A stretch of DNA of 64,000 bases from the human T2T-CHM13v2.0 reference genome, Homo sapiens. Location: NCBI RefSeq assembly GCF_009914755.1, contig NC_060927.1; one strand, written 5' to 3'. A program made the position numbers and the translations under genes. The notes beneath the pieces are model-generated. The model was not told the DNA's origin. It was given only the letters and a program-made list of their open reading frames with translations, and did no database searches. Positions 57,020 through 64,000 of the stretch are shown here, piece by piece (within the stretch, counting starts at the first letter, position 1; the number at the start of each line of letters is the position of its first letter).

Positions 57020-58075
57020 CAGCTCTGTCTAGTGTAAAGATAATGAGAGCCAGCTATATATGTCTAAATTTTCTAATAGCTTCACTTTCAAAAGTAAAAA
57101 GAAACTGGCAATATAAATGAAGTATTTTACTTACACCAATATATCCAAAATATTATGATTTCAATATGTAATCAGTATAAAAATTACTGAGATGTTCTAT
57201 ATTCTTTTTTTACACTAAGTCTTTAAATCTGGTAAATATTTTATTCTTACAGCACATCTCAGTTTGAAAAATCTCATGCTAAATTTCACCAGTAATACTT
57301 AATCTGTATTTATATTTCATAAAATTAATGGTTGAGAAAGTAGATTACGGACCCTTTTCATGAGATGGCGCTGAAAGCAAAGAAGGAAGCTGCTGCTGCT
57401 CCTAAAGGAGAAGCCAAAACAAAGGCTTTGAAGGCCAAGAAGGCAGTGTTGAAAGGTGTCCACAGCCACAAAAAAAAGATCTGCACGTCACCCACCTTCC
57501 AGCGGCCCTAGACACTGTGACTCCGGAGGCAGCCCAAATGTCCTCAGAAGAGTGCCCCCAGGAGAAACAAGCTTGACCACTATGCCGTCAAGATTCCCCT
57601 GACCACTGAGTCTGCCATGAAGAAGATAGACGACAACACACTTGTGTTCATTTGGTTGTTAAAAACAACAAGCACCAGATCAAACAGGCTGTGTGACATT
57701 GATGTGGCCAAGGTCAACACCCTGATTCACCCTGATGGAGAGAAGAAGGCATATGTTCGACTGGCTCCGGATTACAATGCTTTGGATGTTGCCATGTTGC
57801 CAACAAAACTGGGATCATCTAAACTGAGTCCATCTGGCTAATTCTAAATATATGTATATCTTTTCACCAGAAAAAAAAGTAGATTACATACTCAAAGTAT
57901 TCGAAACATGCTTAAATATTTTCTAATATTAAATGAAGTTTCAATTGTTAAATGTAAATTTAAATTCATTAATATTAAATAAAATTTAAAATTCAGGTCT
58001 TTAGTTGTTATAGCCACATTTCACAGGCTCTATAGCCACATGTGGTTAGTGACTACCATATTAGACAAGAGTGGC
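57020..58075. mobile_element. MER33/Charlie1-type hAT fossil interrupted by the RPL23A pseudogene
   Basis: caatatatccaaaatattatgatttcaatatgtaatca and tagccacatgtggttagtgactaccatattagaca motifs. Confidence 0.7.
57349..57875 (+). pseudogene. RPL23A: RPL23A processed pseudogene
   Basis: Intronless; ATG 57365 ([14 protein letters not shown]...[16 protein letters not shown]), [23 protein letters not shown] 57820; frameshifts and stops; short A tail; 12-bp TSD AAAGTAGATTAC at 57337-57348 and 57876-57887. Confidence 0.97.
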
Positions 58076-58688
58076 TCTAGATAAATTCATGGTAACTGAA
58101 CTTCCAAGCATGTTCTCTTTTATTGGTTTCTGTCAACAATAGGATGACAATTAATATTTACAGAGCACTTATTCTGTGCCTTTAAGCTCTTCAAGTCACA
58201 GGGAACTGTCATAAGAACAGACATATACAGTCATGTGTTGCTTAACAATAAGAATCCCTTCTGAGAAATGTGTTGTTAGGTGATTTTTGTCATTGTGGAA
58301 ACATCATAGAGTATATTTACACAAACCTAGATAGTATAGCCTACTAAATACCTAGGCTATATGGTATAACCTATTGTTCCAGGGCTACAAACCTCCACAG
58401 CAAGTTACTCTACTGAATACTGTAGGCAATTGTAATACAATGATAAGCATTTGTGTATATAAACATATCTAAACTTGGAAAAGATACAGAAAAAATACAG
58501 TATAAAAGATTTAAAAAGTGTGACACCTGGATAGGGCACTTAACCATGAATGGAATTTGTAGGACTGGAGTTCCTCTGGGTGAGTCAGTGAGTGAGTGGT
58601 GAGTGAATGTGAAGGCCTAGGACATTACTGTGTATTATTTTAGAGCCTATAAAGACTGTACACTTAGGCTATTCCAAATTTATTAAAG

Positions 58689-58963
58689 AAGAAGGCAGTG
58701 TTGAAAGGTGTCCACAGCCACAAAAAAAAGATCTGCACGTCACCCACCTTCCAGCGGCCCTAGACACTGTGACTCCGGAGGCAGCCCAAATGTCCTCAGA
58801 AGAGTGCCCCCAGGAGAAACAAGCTTGACCACTATGCCGTCAAGATTCCCCTGACCACTGAGTCTGCCATGAAGAAGATAGACGACAACACACTTGTGTT
58901 CATTTGGTTGTTAAAAACAACAAGCACCAGATCAAACAGGCTGTGTGACATTGATGTGGCCAA
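58689..58963 (+). pseudogene. RPL23A: Duplicated internal fragment of the adjacent RPL23A pseudogene
   Basis: Identical by eye to 57437-57711 over 275 bp. Confidence 0.97.
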
Positions 58964-59323
58964 AGAAATATATATATTTCTTTCTTCAATAATAAATTAA
59001 CCTTAGCTTACTGTACTGTTTTATTTTATAAACTTTTTAATTTTTTTAACTTTTTGACTCTGTTGTAATAACACTTAATTTAAAACACAAACACGTTGTA
59101 TAGCCATACAAAAATATGTTCATTCTTTATATCTTTATAAGCATTTTTTTTTTTTACTTTTTAACCTTTTTGTTAAAAAATAAGACACAAACAAACACAT
59201 TAGTCTGGGCTTACAGAAGGTTAGGATCATCAATACCGTTGTCTTCCACCTCCACATCTTGTCCCACAGGAAGGTGTTCAGGGACAACAACATGCATGGA
59301 GCTGTCATCTATAAGAATGCCTT

Positions 59324-59600
59324 CTCACACCTGTAATCCCAGCATTTTGGGAGGCTGAGGAAGCCAGATCACTTGAGGTCAGGAGTTTGAGACCAGCCTG
59401 GCCAACATGGTAAAACCCTGTCTCTACTAAAAATACAAAAAAAATAGCTAGGCTCAGTGGTGCATGCCTGTAATCCCGGATACTCTGGAGACTGAGGTGG
59501 GAGAATCACTTGAATTCAGGAGGTGGAGGTTGCAGTGAACTGAGATCGGCACCACTGCACTCCAGCCTGGGCGACCGAGTGAGACTCAAAAAAAAAAAAA
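59324..59600 (+). mobile_element. Slightly 5'-truncated AluS inside Tigger3
   Basis: TSD aatgccttct at 59316-59325 and 59601-59610. Confidence 0.93.
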
Positions 59601-60525
59601 AATGCCTTCTTCCATAATATCTCCTGAAGGACCTGCATAAGGTTGTTTTACATTTTTTATAAGTAGAAAAAGCACATTCTAAAGTAACAGTAAAAATTAG
59701 AGTACAGTAAATACATAACCCAGTAACATAGCCATTTATTATCATTATCAAGTATTATTTCCTGTACATAATTGTATGTACTATACTTTTATAGGACTGG
59801 CAGAGCTGTGCATTTGTTTACACCAGCATCACCACAAACATGTGAGTAGTTCATCGTGCTACAGCGTTAGGATGGCTACAGGGTCAATAGGCAATAGGAA
59901 AGTTTCAGCTCCATTATAATCTTATGGAACCACCATGGTATGTATGGTCCATATTTGACTGAAACATCATTATGTAGCACATGACTTATATACTCCACCG
60001 AGGTGAGAAATTTAGATTTTAATCTAAGAACAATGGGAACTCATTGATGAGTTTTAAATTACCAGAATCAGGTAAATGGTTTATGCTTTAAAAGGATCAC
60101 TCTGGGTGGAGTAAGGAAGAGAGTGAGACAAGAGTGAAAGCAGAGAGACTGGTTAAGTGGCTCTGGCAGTCATCCAGGCTGGAGATGAGGGAGCCTGGGC
60201 TATGGTGGAGACAGTGGAGATGGTGAGAACTGGGTCTCTAAAATCTACTTGGGAAGTGGAGAACATAGTACTTGCATATAGAAGCAGAAGTGAGAGAAAA
60301 ATCAAAGATGACTCTTAGGTCTTTTCCATAAGGCAGTGGTAGTTCCACTTACAAAGATAAGGAAGACAGAGGCAAGCAGGCTGGAGTGGGAGCAGGAGGA
60401 AATCAAAAGTTCAGTTTAAAGAATGTCAAGTTTGAGGCACTAAATGGTCATCTCTGATAGGCAGCTGGATATTCAAACCTGAGGCTCAGCCAGGAGGTTG
60501 AGGTTGGAGATGTCAGTTTGGGAGT

Positions 60526-60881
60526 TTGAGGGCCAATTTTATAAGTCAAGTTGCCTGGGCTAGAGTCCCCAGTTAATCAAATATTAATCTAGGTGTTACT
60601 GTGAAAATATTTTATTGCTGTGACTAAAGCTCATAATCAGTTGAATTTAAGTTAAGGGAGATTATCCTGATTCAATCAATTGCAAGACCTTAAAAGTAGA
60701 ACTGAGGCTTCCCTGAGAAAGAAGAAGTTTTGCCTATGAACAGCAGTTCACCCCATGCCCAAGAGCTGCTCTTCCTGACAGCCTGTGCTATGTAAGAATC
60801 ATATAAGAAATGCCTTGCAATAAATCTTTTAATATATATTCTTACTTGCCCTCTTTTTCTGGTTGAATCCTGTCCGATATA
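60526..60881 (+). mobile_element. MLT2 (ERV-L) solo LTR, MLT2D-like
   Basis: attaatctaggtgttactgtga and gaactgaggcttccctgagaaagaagaa; 5-bp TSD GGAGT at 60521-60525 and 60882-60886. Confidence 0.75.
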
Positions 60882-60923
60882 GGAGTCCTCAAACAAATAC
60901 ATGACACAGATGATATCTTATGC

Positions 60924-61144
60924 CAAGGCTTGTCCAACTTGCAGTCTGAGGGTCACATGCCACAGAGAACGGCTTTGAATGCGGCCCAAAACAAATTTAT
61001 AAATTTTCTTAAAACATTATGAGATTTTTTGTGATTTTTTTTTTAGCTCATCAGCTATTGCCAGTGTTAGTGTATTCTATTTGTGGCCCAAGACTATTCT
61101 TCTTCCAATGTGTTCCAGGGAAGCCAAAAGATTGGACACCCCTG
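60924..61144 (-). mobile_element. MER30 hAT-Charlie fossil
   Basis: caaggcttgtccaac...aaaagattggacacccctg termini; 8-bp TSD tcttatgc/tcttaaac. Confidence 0.88.
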
Positions 61145-61459
61145 TCTTAAACCATAAGACTGTGTGAGGTCTCCCAGAAAAAGAAAAGAGAAGGACCAAG
61201 GACAGAGCCCAGAGTACACCAACATTTAGAGGTCAGTTAAAAGAGAAAAAGAAACTGAGAAGGAATAGCCAATGGCGTAGTTTTCCCTTCTTAGTGTTTA
61301 TTAGGTTTGGCAATACAGAAGTCATTGGCAAACTTAGTAAGAGTGACCATTTTTGTAGAATAGCGAGACCAGAAGCCATATGCCTCATGTGCCTTCATCT
61401 TGAATCTTCACAGCAACCCTTAAAGCTAAGCATCATTAACCTCCCGTATTATTCAATAT

Positions 61460-61680
61460 TATGCACGGTGTTGAAGACTGAAGCTCTTGAGCCTGAGTGC
61501 CTGAGTTCAAATCCTGTCCCCTCTGCCTACTGACTGTGTTACCTGGCACATTATTTAACCAGTTGAACCTCAGTTTTCTCACCTGTAAAATGAAGTTACT
61601 GATAAACCCTCCTTCATATCATTGCTTTGGGAACTGTATGACTTATATGTAAAGCCCAGAGAAAGCTCCCTACGTAGTAA
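61460..61680 (+). mobile_element. MIR SINE
   Basis: gcctgagttcaaatcctg...tgaacctcagttttctcacctgtaaaatg. Confidence 0.75.
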
Positions 61681-62155
61681 CTACCTACCTTATCACTCCC
61701 CTTGTACAGATGAAGGAACTGAGGCTCTCAGAGCTATCTGTAGATCCCAAAATCAATAGCAAGGGCAGAAAGATGTCAGCCCTGTTGTTGTCTAGGACTT
61801 TACGCCCTGAGATAAAATTTGAAGGATGATTCCCACTCAGGGCAGCAGCTCAGATTCAGGTTTCTTTGAGAGGGAGAGGTTTCTTTCAGAGGACAAGTAA
61901 GCCAAGCGAGCAGCAGGACCCAGTAAACAAAGTAAATGTTTGATTAACTGGTACTCTCGGTCCCTCATGTGCCCAGAGACTGAGCTGGTCATTTGCAGAT
62001 AATATGCACATGCCTTAACTGTATATAACATGAGCATCACTTCAAGTAGACAAAACACTATACACTTACATACAGTAACTTGGAGTTTTGTCTCATGTTT
62101 CTGAACATTGTTATCATCTTCTCAACCTATTCATTCAACTTCTCTCAGTTCTCAC

Positions 62156-62575
62156 TGTTAATCTAAGCAAGAGAGAGGCTCTCAAAACAAGAGGTATTTA
62201 TTTGGGAACAGAGAATTGCAATAGGAATATGCATGGCATGGTAAACTATGCATGTATTCAGGCAGGGAAAGGAAGACAAAGATTTTTAAAGAAAAAATGA
62301 GAAAGATTATATAATTGTTCTGAAATAATTATCTTTGGCTACGAATATCAATAACAAGAGTGAGAACAGTCAGGTTGGACAGGCAGTTGCTGGGCAGATG
62401 TCTTCACAGATGTAGTTTTCATGAAATGGCCTTTGTGCAAGGTTGTGGTTTTTGTAATCTTTTGTGACAGTTTCTGTTATAGACATACATGCATGAAAAC
62501 CCTCACTTCATGACTTTCCCCAGCTTTGTTAGAGTTTTCTTAACTGACTCCATTTTGATTCTGAAAACTTTCATA
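62156..62575 (-). mobile_element. ERV1 MER4-group solo LTR (MER65/MER83-like)
   Basis: Ends tgactccattttgattctgaaaactttcata; flanks TCAC/CCAC. Confidence 0.6.
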
Positions 62576-63460
62576 CCACATTCCTCTTCAGCCTGGCAAT
62601 TTCTTACCTCTAGCAAGGTTATTCATTCTTTGTGAATGTTCCAATTATTTCCAGGATACTAGAAAACAAATTACAGTAGGCAAACATAATTACTATGAAT
62701 AAACTCTTTAGGAAAGCAATAGGATGTTCTATATCCAGAATCAAAATTATGTTTGCCCATCATATTTACATCAAGCTAAATCATGTTTACCTTTTACCTA
62801 TCAAATTCCATGTCTGGGAATTTATTGTGAGAAAATAATTCAAGAGAAGGAAAGGAAGTAATAGGCATGAAGATATGTTATTCAGTTAGATTTTCATATC
62901 TCTGTAGCAATTTGAAAATTATTTTCTCTCTAATGTAAAATTTTTTTAATCTAAAACTATGTCTGCACTCATCACATAACAGAAACTACACAAAAATTAT
63001 GTATGCAAGGTAAAAGGAAATAACAAAGAACATTGTTTTGGGCCATCTTCTCTCAACGGTAGCTTTATTATCTTAGACAAGAACTTCATCCCTCTAAGAC
63101 CCAGTTTTCTCACCTGTAATATGAATATAATAATAATCAATATCCATTAAGCATTTTCTATGTGCCAGGCACTGTGTGTGCTAAATGCTTTACAGCCCTT
63201 GCCTCATTTAATCCTTCAGTGATCCTGTAAACTACTGTTATCTTCTTTTTCCAGATATGGAAATTGAAGCTCAGAGACATGAAGTGACATATCCAAGATC
63301 ACATAATAAAGAGGAGAGATGGAGAGACGGGAATTGTTTTTTTATTGTTGTTGTTTTTTGGTTTTTGGTTTTTTTTCCTGTTAAAAGCACTTCCCATAAG
63401 AGATGGCATTTGATTTCTTCCCAGATGATCTGTGAACCAGGGCTCATAATCACCTGGCTA

Positions 63461-63857
<397 letters not shown>

Positions 63858-64000
63858 TTATAGGTAACTGGGTAATTCAAAACACTAGGAATCAGGAGAG
63901 AGGATCCCAGAAGGTGCCCAGACGCAGAGGCAGACCAGAAGTTTGGGACCCAGAGAAGAATAATGATAATTAATTTATATTAAGTGCTGACTATGTACTA

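Larger units (their letters stand above)
58228..59987 (-). mobile_element. Tigger3b (MER7-type) DNA transposon fossil carrying two insertions
   Basis: TA-flanked TIRs cagtcatgtg.../...cacatgact; about 1.2 kb after removing the insertions. Confidence 0.85.
60000..61380 (-). mobile_element. L2 fossil interrupted by MLT2 and MER30
   Basis: L2 motifs catccaggctggagatgag, aggcagctggatattc, ccaaggacagagccc; homologous to 440-1920. Confidence 0.7.

Noticed and set aside
57365-57822. Functional RPL23A retrogene
   Set aside because: Frameshifting indels, in-frame stops and an 8-bp duplication (atgttgcc) near the C-terminus.
58689-58963. Independent second RPL23A retrotransposition
   Set aside because: Shares the private mutations of the upstream copy and lacks the 3' end and poly(A).

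Overview
Primate (human-like, catarrhine) genomic DNA, most of it interspersed repeats, with no intact protein-coding gene recognisable. Main components: a deleted HERV9/LTR12 provirus (27160-34271, ATAC TSD, tRNA-Arg PBS) inserted in an ancient ERV-L pol fossil; a solo HERV-W LTR17; a complete THE1 LTR-int-LTR element nested in an Alu; several L1s (L1PA, L1PB, L1MA and older); Alus, L2/MIR, MaLR and ERV1 solo LTRs; hAT and Tigger DNA-transposon fossils; and an RPL23A processed pseudogene. The most unusual observations are (1) a 275-bp, by-eye 100%-identical copy of part of that pseudogene inserted 1252 bp downstream inside a Tigger3 element, without a poly(A) tail, (2) a 48-bp-arm hairpin at 3743-3852, (3) a probable L1 3' transduction at 45954-46151, (4) a strong CTCF motif in unique sequence at about 19050 and (5) a candidate spliced non-coding exon pair at about 9.4-9.7 kb. 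Repeat family names come from visual recognition, not a database search, so subfamily calls and boundaries without TSDs are approximate. I found no evidence for a genuinely new biological system.
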